Positions 1-11,943 of a DNA stretch of 64,000 bases are shown here, piece by piece. How positions within the stretch are numbered: the stretch's first letter is position 1; each line of letters opens with the position of its first letter. The translations under genes were made by a program, and so were the position numbers. A model generated the notes under the pieces. It searched no databases and had not been told where the DNA came from. It saw only the letters and a program-made list of their open reading frames with translations. Source of the stretch: Macrostomum hystrix (taxonomy: Eukaryota > Animalia > Platyhelminthes); NCBI GenBank assembly GCA_950097015.1, contig CATNEN010000038.1, positions 20,708,001 to 20,772,000 of the forward strand. Direction: 5' to 3'.

Positions 1-3000
1 CGCACCCATCTAGACAGAGAGGCTGGAAATTTTGCCGAGTCGCGCAATCCCCTAGACAGGCGTCGGCAGTCACAATTGGCCTGCTCTGATTGGCCCTGGT
101 GCTTGGTGTTTGCTGCCTTCCTCTGCGGCTTGTTGGTCATTGCCGGCTTTGCATTCAGCATGGGCGACAGCCAGCGTCTGTTCAGCCCGTTCGATTGCTA
201 TGGTAACACCTGTGGCAGCAACAGGAATCCCCGTGTGCCCGGCGTGCCACTGAGCGGTAGGGACACTCGAGCTGAGCCCTACCTGTTTCATTTTAGCGAC
301 CTGTTCGCTACTAACACCTTGTCCGTTTGTGTCAGCGCCTGTCCTCGGAGACCCATCGCTTCGCTTACTGAGCTTAAACAGGTTGGACATGCATTTCAGT
401 TTTCTTAATTGGGTCTCAGATAGTCACTTATACTCGTAGCTGGTAATAATAATTGCAGGAGGGCTGTGGGCAATGGCACACCATTTGGGGACACTAGACC
501 CACAGCCGACGAGAACGCAATTCTGCCTATTTCGCTGACTCCTGAGCACACACGCCCACGCAGGTGTCTTCATCTGCCCTGACTTTCTCATCGTCAGGCA
601 GTGTACACTCTCACTGTGCCTTGGAGGTTGGCCCTCAATGACGTAAATTGCACGACAAGCCGCCAAGCCTTCTCTCCGCGGCTGCGCCCCAAATAAATGT
701 GGCCTCGCCGTGGAATCGAGCCGTGGAAACTCGTTAGACCGCTCTGCCACTCACCCTCCTCTTTTAGCTAGTTTTTCGCGAGAGATCTGGAGTTCGAATC
801 TCGGCCCAATTAATATTCTGTAGGTCTGATGTCCCGTTGTAAATTACACAATTACACAATTCCAATTGCCTCAGTTCAGAAAGCCGAAAAAAACTGCTTG
901 TGGGTTTAGCAGCCTCCCCTGTCCACGGACTGAAACTTTTTTGGCAGTCCGTGGTCAAGTCCAGATCTTCCAAATCCTCATTACGGCGCTCAGGTTTTCA
1001 CTCGCGAAAATACCAGCTATTGCAAGTACGATTATCCGCTGCTGTTAGCCAACATATCGGCGCAGAACAAGTACACGGGACCGTGTCCGGAGACGCCAAT
1101 TAAGCCTATGGAGCCAGTTTTTGGACGCTGCATCACGGCTGGCATGCGAAACGGAATTTTGCCTAACGATTCGAGCAGCGGGTGTGTCTCTAAAATTTCT
1201 CTATGCTTTCTTCATAATCTCATCCTACTTCACTACTCAGACTATGAAAAAGAGTAGTATTTGAGAGATAATACTAATTATTTATTTTTTTCAGATGGAA
1301 ACTTAACAATATATACGGCTATTTAAATTTGACGCCTACATTTTCACTACTATTATCCGACCTGTACTCCGTCTGGTCCTTGCTGCTCTGCATGTTTGCG
1401 CTAAGCGGCCTCCTATCCGGCCTACTAGTGGCCGGGGTTCGAATCTTTCCTAAATTAGCCGGACACGCAATGCTGGCCGGCTGCGCCTGCCTGTGCAGCA
1501 GCGCCACCGCCCTGTTCTGGTGGGTGTTCTTCGATCAGAAGAGCCAATTAGACGCGAAGGAGGCCAGGTAGATATTGTACTTTGGTTTGGACCAAACTTC
1601 GTTAATATTTTGTGGTTACTTTTTACCGGCTTTACTTTCGTCTTCGGGAATATATCTAGCTTTTCATGATTTTCTTCGGGTTGTCTCGATTCTAGCAGGT
1701 TTGTCGTGATTTCTTTCCGGGTTAGTGTTATTTTTGGGTTGTCGTCCCGCCTAGCTTCAGGTCCTTCAGTTTTGGGCTAGTTTCCGGTCGAACTACGGAA
1801 TTGCTCCGGTTTTCATCCAGCCAAGGCTCCTGGCACTAAATCCGGAACAATATCCGGGTGATAAGCGGTGGTGACAATTTTGCTGATCCGGTTTTTTCAC
1901 GCATTTTTCCGGTTGTTCCTCGAGTTGAAAGCGGAATAAAAATGTTTAAAATTCAAATTTCAACCGGCGTGAATCTAGACTTTTTAGACACTTTTCCTGT
2001 GTGTACTCCGGGTTTTAATAAAAAAAATACATTAGGTTCCGTATGAAAAAAACTGGAATAGCGACGGAATGAACTGCCGGACCACAAAAAAAGGTGGGGT
2101 GAGTTCCATGTTGTCATGATTTTTCCGGGTTGTCGTGTTTTGCTGAGTGAATTTGTCTTGGTTGTCCTGACTGAGTTTTTCGGGATTTAATGAATCTTTT
2201 TCGAGTTGTCGTGGTCTGTTCTGGTTTTCGTAATTTTCCGGCTTTTAAAAGTTCTGCTGGTTTTTTTCCCTGGTTGTCTTGCATTTATTCGGGTTTTTAT
2301 GATATTTTCCGGGTATGCGAGAATTTTCCGGGTTTTCGTGGATTTTCCGGGTTTTCGTGATTTTTCCGAATTGTCACTATCTTGATGGGTTTATCTCTCC
2401 TGGCTGTGTTGAGTTTATAAGTTTTTTATTTTTTAGTTTGACGTTTCTATTTCTCTTTTGAAACTGCATTTCAGGAAATTTCCTCTACTAGATTTGGAGA
2501 CTCAAAACGAAGACGCCTTCCTGGCTTTGTCCATATTGAGCACTGTTCTACTAATAGCCCTATTAATCTGCCTGTGCGTCGTCTGCTCTAGAGCCCGCTA
2601 CGTTGGCCCTCTGTTTGTTCAGGCAGCCAAGTGTGTCGCCGCTGTGCCCCAACTATGCGTCCTACCTTTAGTAACCTGCGCAATTCTAGGCGCCCTATTC
2701 GCCCTATGGCTATGGACCCTGGCCTTCATATCTACTTCAGCGTTGCCGCGCACGGACAAGAGGGTGGTCCCCACGCGAATTATTAACGGCAGTCAGGCCT
2801 GGGAACAGATAGAACCCTGTCTGGCTATGGATAGGCCATCCTGGGTATCCTGGCTCTGGCTCTATCACCTGGCCGGCCTACTGTGGCTTGGCGAGTTCGC
2901 TTTGGCCTGCCAGCAGTATGTGCTTGGCCGCATAGCCTGCGGCTGGTACTTCAAAGATGACAGGCACAATGGCGGTTGGCCTGTTGCTGCCGCGGTTGGC

Positions 3001-6000
3001 GACCTGTTCTGGCGCAAGCTGGGTGAGTTTCTGGGCGAACTACTTCGTGAAAGTAGCCTTTTTTAATGGGAATATCCTATCTGATTACCTTGGTGTGGGT
3101 AATGGGAATATCCTACCTGATTGCCTTGGAGTTGGTAATGGTAATATCCTACCTGATTGCCTTGGAGTTGGTAATGGTAATATCCTACCTGATTGCCTTG
3201 GAGTTGGTAATGGTAATATCCTACCTGATTGCCTTGGAGTTGGTAATGGTAATATCCTACCTGATTACCTTGGAGTTGGTAATGGTAATATCCTACCTGA
3301 TTACCTTGGAGTTGGTAATGGTAATATCCCACCTGATTACCTTGGAGTTGGTAATGGTAATATCCTACCTGATTGCCTTGGAGTTGGTAATGGTAATATC
3401 CTACCTGATTGCCTTGGAGTTGGTAATGGTAATATCCTACCTGATTACCTTGGAGTTGGTAATGGTAATATCCTACCTGATTACCTTGGAGTTGGTAATG
3501 GTAATATCCCACCTGATTACCTTGGAGTTGGTAATGGTAATATCCCACCTGATTACCTTGGAGTTGGTAATGGTAATATCCCACCTGATTACCTTGGAGT
3601 TGGTAATGGTAATATCCCACCTGATTACCTTGGAGTTGGTGATGGTAATATCCTACCTGATTGCCTTGGAGTTGGTGATGGTAATATCCTACCTGATTGC
3701 CTTGGAGTTGGTAATGGTAATATCCTACCTGATTACCTTGGAGTTGGTAATGGTAATATCCCACCTGATTACCTTGGAGTTGGTAATGGGAATATCCCAC
3801 CTGATTACCTTGGAGTTGGTAATGGTAATATCCTACCTGATTGCCTTGGAGTTGGTAATGGTAATATCCTACCTGATTACCTTGGAGTTGGTAATGGTAA
3901 TATCCCACCTGATTACCTTGGAGTTGGTAATGGTAATATCCCACCTGATTACCTTGGAGTTGGTAATGGTAATATCCCACCTGATTACCTTGGAGTTGGT
4001 GATGGTAATATCCTACCTGATTGCCTTGGAGTTGGTGATGGTAATATCCTACCTGATTGCCTTGGAGTTGGTAATGGGAATATCCCACCTGATTACCTTG
4101 GAGTTGGTAATGGTAATATCCCACCTGATTACCTTGGAGTTGGTAATGGGAATATCCCACCTGATTACCTTGGAGTTGGTAATGGTAATATCCCACCTGA
4201 TTACCTTGGAGTTGGTAATGGTAATATCCCACCTGATTACCTTGGAGTTGGTAATGGGAATATCCTACCTGATTACCTTGGAGTTGGTAATGGTAATATC
4301 CCACCTGATTGCCTTAGAGTTGGTAATGGTAATATCCTATGTAATGATAATACCAATTTTACTAGAATGGTAATTGTAATACGCAATCCCCATCTCGCAG
4401 GTACGGTGGCCATCGGGTCACTAATGATCTCCATCACCCGCCTGCCCCGCTGGGTGCTGGTCTGGTCTCACAAGCGCCTGCAAGATCGTAAATGCTGCGG
4501 CGGTCCTTGCGCCTGCTGCGCCAGGTGCCGACGGTTGAACAAGTCCGCCTTGGCCGCTGCGGCTCTCACCGGAGAGTCATTCTGGCCGGCTGCTGGCATC
4601 GCCTCAGATCTGCTTGGCAACAGGTGCGCCTCGCTGCGATTGTCCGCCCTAAATTCAGCCGGCGATTTTGTACTTCTGACCGCTAAACTGGCCGTGTCGG
4701 CTGCCTGCACCATTGTGTGCACTGTGGTGCTCATGGTGAGACTCAAATCTGAGCTAGGCATTTCCCAGTCTTCTCAGATCCTCAGCTGGTCTCTTCCGCC
4801 CCCTTCTCAGATCCTCAGCTGATCTCTTCCGCCCCTTTCTCAGATCCCAGCTGGTCTCTTCCGCCCCCTTCTCAGATCCCAGCTGGTCTCTTCCGCCCCT
4901 TTCTCAGATCCTCAGCTGGTCTCTTCCGCCCCTTTCTCAGATCCTCAGCTGGTCTCTTCCGCCCCTTTCTCAGATGCTCAGCTGGTCTCTTCCGCCACCT
5001 AATCAGATCCTCAGCTGATCTCTTCCGCCCCCTTCTCAGATCTTTAGCTGGTCTCTTCCGCCCCCTTCTCCGAGCCTTAGCTTGTCTCTTCCGCCCCCTT
5101 CTAAGATCTTTAGCTGGTCTCTTCCGCCCCCTTCTCAGATCTTTAGCTGGTCTCTTCCGCCCCCTTCTCAGATCCTTAGCTGGTCTCTTCCGCCCCCTTC
5201 TCAGATCCTTAGCTGGTCTCTTCCGCCCCCTTCTCAGATCTTTAGCTGGTCTCTTCCGCCCCCTTCTCAGATCTTTAGCTGGTCTCTTCCTCCCCCTGCT
5301 CAGATCTTTAGCTGGTCTCTTCCGCTCACTGCTCAGATCCTTAGCTGGTCTCTTCCGCCCCCTGCTCAGATCTTTAGCTGGTCTCTTCCGCCCCCTGCTC
5401 AGATCCTTAGCTGGTCTCTTCCGCCCCCTGCTCAGATCCTTAGCTGGTCTCTTCCGCCCCCTGCTCAGATCCTTAGCTGGTCTCTTCCGCCCCCTGCTCA
5501 GATCCTTAGCTGGTCTCTTCCGCCCCCTGCTCAGATCCTCAGCTGGTCTCTTCCGCCCCCTGCTCAGATCTTTAGCTGGTCTCTTCCGCTCCCTTCTCAG
5601 ATCCTCAGCTGGTATATTTATAGTATCCTTAGCCGCCTCATTCTCAGATTATATGCAAAAGCGTAATTTTAATTAAACGATAATTTTTTCAGCTGAAATG
5701 GTCCGACAACAGCATCAAATTCTTTCCGCTACCAATCGTTTTGGTTGCAACATTTTCATTCTTGGTGGCGCACTGCTTCCTGTCTATTTTTGAGGTAATG
5801 CTCGTCTTTGATTTGTCTTTGGTCATTTAGAAAAACGGTTTTTATTGTACAAAACTGCAAACGCTTTTGTTTTAGTTCGTCATCGATGCCATCTTTATCT
5901 GCTTCTCGTACGACCTGGGCGCTAATGACGGATCGCCAGGAAGAGAGCCGTTTATGTCTGACGACTTAAAGGTACGAGGGGTGTTTCAAAAGTAACGAGA

Positions 6001-9000
6001 ATTTAGTCATAACTTTTTAATGGATAAACTTTTTAACTTGAAATTTTTACCCGATAATTTTGCAAATATGGACAGCACACAGCTTCAGTTGCAACTCTAT
6101 CGCTCTACATGCACTAGTGAAATCTCACATTAAAGTCCAGACCTCGAGATTAAAAATTACGATTTTTGTCTGTGGTCTATTTACCTGAGAACTTGCTTAG
6201 AACTTGAAAACTGCTAATGATGCTGCTGATGCACTCAGCTGCTTCTGATACTGTCTCCGGTGTCTGCTGTTTATGGGCAAAGTTGCCTAGGAATTTTTGT
6301 TTTTTAAGCTGCATAGGCTGCTCAAAATTGCAAATGCTTGACTGAGAGACTTGACTGAAAAGTGCTTTCAAGTGAGACTATGGAACGACCGAAAGATCAT
6401 TCAGAAATTGGATCAAAGGAAGGACAACGGCATTTTATCGCTGGTCTGGTTCAACTTGGAAAGAAGCCATGCGATATCGCTCGGGACCTGAACCAGGCAT
6501 TTGGAGATCAGGCACTATCGCAAGCGCGGGTTTATGCTCACTGCAAGGCGTTCCGCGAGGGTGCTACAGGATGTGGTGACGCGCCGAGGTCAGGTCGCCC
6601 CCGCACGTCAACGGATGACAACAGCAAACAGATTGTCCGTGATTACCTCTGCGCCAATCCTTCTGCCACATTGCGTGAAGTTGAGGAGGTCTGTAGCATC
6701 TCCATTGCTTCTGTGAGCCGCATCCTCAAGGAAATAAACTGGTCGAGAGTCTGTGCCAAGTGGGTGCCGCGTGAGTTGACCCTGGACCACAAAAGAAAGC
6801 GAATTCAATGTGCAACGGAGAACTTGCAGTTGTGGCAGCAACTTGGTGATCAGGAGTTTAAACGACTTCTCATCAGTATTGATGAGACACCACTGCCAAT
6901 GTTTAATCCACTGACTAAGCAGCTGTCCATGCAGTGGGGGCCCAGGGGCCGTCAGCCGCACACAAAGCCAATGAAGTCGGCATGGACACGCAACATCATG
7001 TGCACCATGTGGTTTGAGGCCTGTGGGGTTCTGATGGTCGACTACCTGCCAGACAAGGCCACCATCAATGCTGCATACGTGCAAGATCAAGTTGCTCGTC
7101 TGCGTGAAGTCATCCTCCAGAAGCGACGCATCATGCGCGCCAGGCCCTTCATCTTGTGGGACAACGCTCGCCCTCACGTCGCCGCGGCCACCACAAGGAA
7201 AGTGGAAGAGCTCGGCTTTCGGCTGCTTAATCATCCAACTTATTCACCAGACCTCGCCATTGCTGACTTTCACTTGTTTGGAGTAATGAAGAAGCCCATG
7301 CGAGGTCGCGTCTTCACCAGTCGACAGGAAGTCATTGCGGCGGCCAACGAATCTCTCCATGCGCTGCCTGCGAGTTTTTGGGGGGAGGGAATCGACAAAC
7401 TGCTGCATCGCTATGAGAAATGTATCCAGCTCGATGGCAGCTTTGTGGAGCGTGCTGAAATCGCTGAAGAAATGGACGAAGGCGCTGATTTTTGACACAA
7501 CAAACACGTTCACCTGTTCACTATTTTCCACAGACAAAAATCGTAATTTTTAATCTCGAGGTCTGGACTTCAATGTGCGATTTCACTGGTGCATGTAGAC
7601 CGACAGGGTTGCAACTGAAGCTGTGTGCTGTCCATATTTGCAAAATTATCGGGTAAAAATTTCAAGTTAAAAAGTTTATCCATTAAAAAGTTATGACTAA
7701 ATTCTCGTTACTTTTGAAACACCCCTCGTATGTTTCTGTCGTTAACACGTGCTTGCAGATACGAATTCGCCTTCCCATCATCCTTTAGGATCTCTCAGTT
7801 CTAGAACAGGTTCAAATTCTCACAGTTCTAGAACAGGTTCAAAATCTCACAGTTCTAGAACAGGTTCGAAATCTCACAGTTCTAGAACAGGTTCAAATTC
7901 TCACAGTTCTAGAAAAGGTTCAAAATCTCACAGTTTTAGAACAGGTTCGAAATCTCACAGTTCTAGAACAGGTTCGAAATCTCACAGTTCTAGAACAGTT
8001 TCGAAATCTCACAGTTCTAGAACAGGTTCAAAATCTCACAGTTTTAGAACAGGTTCGAAATCTCACAGTTCTAGAACAGGTTCGAAATCTCACAGTTCTA
8101 GAACAGTTTCGAAATCTCACAGTTCTAGAACAGGTTCAAAATCTCACAGTTTTAGAACAGGTTCAAAATCTCACAGTTCTAGAACAGGTTCGAAATCTCA
8201 CAGTTCTAGAACAGGTTCGAAATCTCACAGTTCTAGAACAGGTTCAAAATCTCACAGTTTTAGAACAGGTTCGAAATCTCACAGTTCTAGAACAGGTTCA
8301 AAATCTCTCGGTTCTAGAACAGGTTCAAAATTTCACAGTTATAGAACAGGTTCGAAATTTCACAGTTATAGAACAGGTTCGAAATTTCACAGTTCTAGAA
8401 CAGGTTCGAAATTTCACAGTTATAGAACAGGTTCAAAATCTCTCAGTTCTAGAACAGGTTCAAAATCTCACATTTCTAGAACAGGTTCAAAATTTCACAG
8501 TTATAGAACAGGTTCGAAATTTCACAGTTCTAGAACAGGTTCGAAATTTCACAGTTCTAGAACAGGTTCGAAATTTCACAGTTATAGAACAGGTTCGAAA
8601 TTTCACAGTTATAGAACAGGTTCAAAATTTCACAGTTATAGAACAGGTTCGAAATTTCACAGTTATAGAACAGGTTCGAAATTTCACAGTTATAGAACAG
8701 GTTCAAAATTTCACAGTTATAGAACAGGTTCGAAATCTCACATTTCTAGAACAGGTTCAAAATTTCTTAGTTTTAGAACAGGTTCGAAATCTCACAGCTA
8801 GAACAGGTTTAAAATCTCACAGCTAGAACAGGTTTAAAATCTCACAGCTAGAGCAGGTTTCGTTGATAAAATTCAACTGTCAGCTGTAAGTTAGTGGCAT
8901 ACAGATCCCATAATTCCAAATCTCCCAAACTAATTAGTCTCCTGTGCCCGTTTGTTGCAGAATCTGGTGTTTGACACCTGCGATGCTCTAAGTAGCAACC

Positions 9001-9347
9001 TGCCGCCTAGCAGCATCGGCTCGTCGTCGCGCCGACGTCAGGCCGAACCGTTGACTCCCCAGCAGCAGCAGCAGCAGCAGCAGCAGGTGAATGGCGCTGC
9101 GTCAACTGCCATCGATGACGAAGCTGCGGCAAACCTTAGGCTGAGCGGCCTTGACGATCTCGACCCTCTCGATGATGTCCCCGACATGCCGCTGCGTCGT
9201 CTAGATTCATCTCTGCCGATGCGTCGTCTGGTGGCTCCGACAGCCAGTCAGGAAGCTGACGATGATCTGCGCAGTTGCGTGCGAACCCCGCCAGTGCTGA
9301 ATAGCCCGACTAAGTCTGTTGGTGGCGATGATGCTGTCAGAGCTTGA
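1..9347 (+). CDS. Choline transporter-like protein (CTL/SLC44 family), spliced, 5' end outside window
   Basis: Phase-consistent GT-AG exons: 1-381, 994-1181, 1295-1567, 2475-3022, 4401-4735, 5693-5794, 5876-5971, 8961-9347. Motifs: CSDWPWC, DCYGNTCG, CVSACP, YCKYD..GPCP..RC, multiple TM segments, KLGTVAIGSL, AHCFLSIFEFVIDAIFICFSYD, NDGSPGREPFMS; low-complexity polyQ C-terminal tail. Confidence 0.9.
446..757 (-). mobile_element. tRNA-derived SINE family A copy (intron 1 of CTL gene)
   Basis: Matches copies at 22652, 24443, 38010, 41160, 54095; minus strand has box A-like TGGCAGAGCGG, degenerate box B CTCGATTCC and short (ATT)n tail. Confidence 0.85.
3064..4340. repeat. 36-bp minisatellite filling CTL intron 4
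   Basis: Unit CCTACCTGATTACCTTGGAGTTGGTAATGGTAATAT with few variants, about 35 copies. Confidence 0.97.
4770..5612. repeat. 33-bp minisatellite in CTL intron 5
   Basis: Unit CAGCTGGTCTCTTCCGCCCCCTTCTCAGATCCT and variants, about 25 copies. Confidence 0.97.
5975..7728 (+). mobile_element. Full-length mariner (Tc1/mariner, DD34D) DNA transposon with ~200-bp TIRs and TA target duplication
   Basis: TA at 5973-5974 and 7729-7730; ends CGAGGGGTGTTTCAAAAG...CTTTTGAAACACCCCTCG; inverted repeat extends about 5975-6175 / 7528-7728; central intact transposase. Confidence 0.96.
6380..7495 (+). CDS. Mariner transposase (DD34D)
   Basis: Uninterrupted ORF from ATG 6380; PRSGRP, WVPREL, IDET, WDNARPH, HPTYSPDLAIADFHLF; 34 residues between second and third catalytic Asp. 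Confidence 0.96.
   Translation: MERPKDHSEIGSKEGQRHFIAGLVQLGKKPCDIARDLNQAFGDQALSQARVYAHCKAFREGATGCGDAPRSGRPRTSTDDNSKQIVRDYLCANPSATLREVEEVCSISIASVSRILKEINWSRVCAKWVPRELTLDHKRKRIQCATENLQLWQQLGDQEFKRLLISIDETPLPMFNPLTKQLSMQWGPRGRQPHTKPMKSAWTRNIMCTMWFEACGVLMVDYLPDKATINAAYVQDQVARLREVILQKRRIMRARPFILWDNARPHVAAATTRKVEELGFRLLNHPTYSPDLAIADFHLFGVMKKPMRGRVFTSRQEVIAAANESLHALPASFWGEGIDKLLHRYEKCIQLDGSFVERAEIAEEMDEGADF
7792..8860. repeat. 27-bp minisatellite in CTL intron 7
   Basis: Unit AGTTCTAGAACAGGTTCGAAATCTCAC, about 39 copies with a variant gradient along the array. Confidence 0.97.
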
Positions 9348-9558
9348 CTAGTAACTCAATGACGTTTCAACTTTACACCGTTGTGAAACTAACAATGGTT
9401 AAATTGTCCTGCTAAATGCTCACAATGAGTTCGTTTAAAGTTGAAAGGTTTAACAAATGGTCTATCAGCATCATTGCCTACAGTATATCTATTTGAGTTA
9501 TTCGTTGTAAGTTTTAATTATTACGAACGCATACTTGAATAACAGTTTTCTCCCACAA

Positions 9559-9968
9559 CCCGCTAAAAACTCGGGATGTTTCCAGTTGGAATCTGCGGTG
9601 TTTCCAGAAAAAGAAACTGCCGAACGCTGGAAACATACCAATCGGATGATTCCATGCTTAGAATCTACCCAACTGGGCGTTTTCTCGGTGCTTCTTGGTG
9701 GCGAAATGGAATCACCCAAAGAATCCTCCAGTTCGGAAGATTCCATGCTCAGAAACCGCCGAGGAATCGCCCGTAAATAATTCTCTGGTTGTCCCATGGG
9801 CCACTGGTTCGGGTGATTCTTCGGCGGTTTCCGCACAATTTACGGTTACATCGGCTGCTTCCTGGGTGGTTTCTTTAACTCTTGCGAGATAGGGGGGATT
9901 TTGGTAGATTCCACTCCTATTTTGCACAAAAAACCCGCCGAAGAAGCAGCCGAATTTTTTTACAGGGA
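9559..9968. mobile_element. Possible non-autonomous DNA element (MITE-like)
   Basis: GC-richer island in AT-rich DNA. Imperfect inverted ends CCCGCTAAAAACTCGG / CCGAATTTTTTTACAGGG and internal inverted motif TTCTTCGGCGG / CCGCCGAAGAA. Single copy in window. Confidence 0.35.
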
Positions 9969-10899
9969 ATATACTCAAACGCCTAGTCTTCACTGTTGCG
10001 CAAATTTGCAATATTATAAAGTTTATTTTTAACGTTTCTGTCACCCGTTGATATATCTCTACTTTTGTCGCTGCGTAGTCAAGTTTTATTGATAAATTAT
10101 CATTTTCACAATATAAATCAATGTTTCATTTAATCGCTAATTAGTTTCCCGTTGTGATTTTTTTAAAGGCAATCATTTTAATAAACATTTATATTATTGG
10201 TTTATTTTTGAATGCCCGCCAGTTTTCATGTTTGTTATTGTGAACTGAGTAAAATTTCATGCGAGACAATCAATATTATACTTGAATTTCTGTAATTTAA
10301 ACCATAAATCATACTACTGCCAATTTTTGTAGTAGTAATTAATTCTGCTTGCATACTATTTTGCTACTGTCAGTAGTGTGCACAATGCTTTATTTCGCAG
10401 CTTCTACTCTCACACTATTGTTATTAGTGTTAGCCAGTTTTTGTGTTTTTTTTGCTTTTGCTTTTTTCTAATGCAGCTGCCTAGTTTACAGGGGCATTAT
10501 TGCAACATATATAAAATATTATATCTAGTCGGTTGATAATGCTCTCTGTGTTTTTAAGTAAATGATCATTAAGCAATTGGCTTCGTCATAATAAGTTAAT
10601 ATACAAGTTGAAATATGTAATAATGCTGCTTCATAAAATATTCACATTTTAAAGAGACGATAAAGGAACACATAGTTATGTGTTTAAAAATTTGTTTTAA
10701 AAATATAATATTCTGTATGGCAGTATCAGTAAAGTATAGGCCACAAAATAACGCCTTGCTTTTTAGGCCTGCAATGTTAATTAACAATTTATATTAAATC
10801 GAGATCAGCTCTGGTTAAAAATTAAAAAAGCCTTGTGATTTATTTATTCGTTTAAAGGTGTGACAATATGGGGTCAAAGCGTAAAACATGTGAAATTTC

Positions 10900-11850
10900 A
10901 AGAGTGACAATGGGAGTGACAGTGAGTTCTAGAGTGAAACTGTAAGTGACTCTGTCACAGTTTAAGAGTGAAAAGGAGAGTGACAGTTCAAGAGTGAATA
11001 TGAGAGTGACAGTTCAAGAGTGAAAATGGGAGTGACAGTTTAAGAGTGAATATGGGAGTGACAGTTCAAGAGTGAATATGAGAGTGACAGTTCAAGAGGG
11101 AAAATGGGAGTGACAGTTCAAGAGTGAATATGGGAGTGACAGTTCAAGAGTGAATATGGGAGTGACAGTTCAAGAGTGAAAATGGGAGTGACAGTTCAAG
11201 AGGGAAAATGGGAGTGACAGTTCAAGAGTGAATATGGGAGTGACAGTTCAAGAGTGAAAATGGGAGTGACAGTTTAAGAGTGAATATGGGAGTGACAGTT
11301 CAAGAGTGAATATGAGAGTGACAGTTCAAGAGGGAAAATGGGAGTGACAGTTCAAGAGTGAATATGGGAGTGACAGTTCAAGAGTGAATATGGGAGTGAC
11401 AGTTCAAGAGTGAAAATGGGAGTGACAGTTCAAGAGGGAAAATGGGAGTGACAGTTCAAGAGGGAAAATGGGAGTGACAGTTCAAGAGGGAAAATGGGAG
11501 TGACAGTTCAAGAGGGAAAATGGGAGTGACAGTTCAAGAGTGAATATGGGAGTGACAGTTCAAGAGTGAATATGAGAGTGACAGTTCAAGAGGGAAAATG
11601 GGAGTGACAGTTCAAGAGTGAAAATGGGAGTGACAGTTCAAAAGTGAATATGGGAGTGACAGTTCAAGAGTGAATATGAGAGTGACAGTTCAAGAGGGAA
11701 AATGGGAGTGACAGTTCAAGAGTGAATATGGGAGTGACAGTTCAAAAGTGAAAATGGGAGTGACAGTTCAAGAGTGAATATGGGAGTGACAGTTCAAGAG
11801 TGAATATGGGAGTGACAGTTCAAGAGTGAATATGGGAGTGACAGTTGTAC
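10900..11850. repeat. 26-bp minisatellite downstream of C2-domain gene
   Basis: Unit GAGTGACAGTTCAAGAGTGAATATGG. Confidence 0.96.
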
Positions 11851-11943
11851 GAGATCCTCGTATGGGAGTGATTTTGTATACATGAGGCAGTTTAACAACA
11901 AAGGATAAAACACATGCCAGGACAGTGTTTCGGCTGTCGCCCT

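Noticed and set aside
1620-2400. Degenerate TTTTCCGGGTT-rich region, possibly an old element related to the 56372 array
   Set aside because: Too decayed to define unit, ends or family by eye.
2957-4822. 621-aa ORF (and the overlapping 413- and 435-aa ORFs) with 12-residue repeats
   Set aside because: Product of a stop-free 36-bp intronic array; flanking CTL exons splice in phase around it (3022>4401).
7749-8801. 350-aa Ser-rich repeat ORF; likewise ORFs at 5082, 21258, 45416, 57190, 60318, 61244
   Set aside because: All are translations of tandem arrays with no unique coding sequence beyond the real exons they touch.
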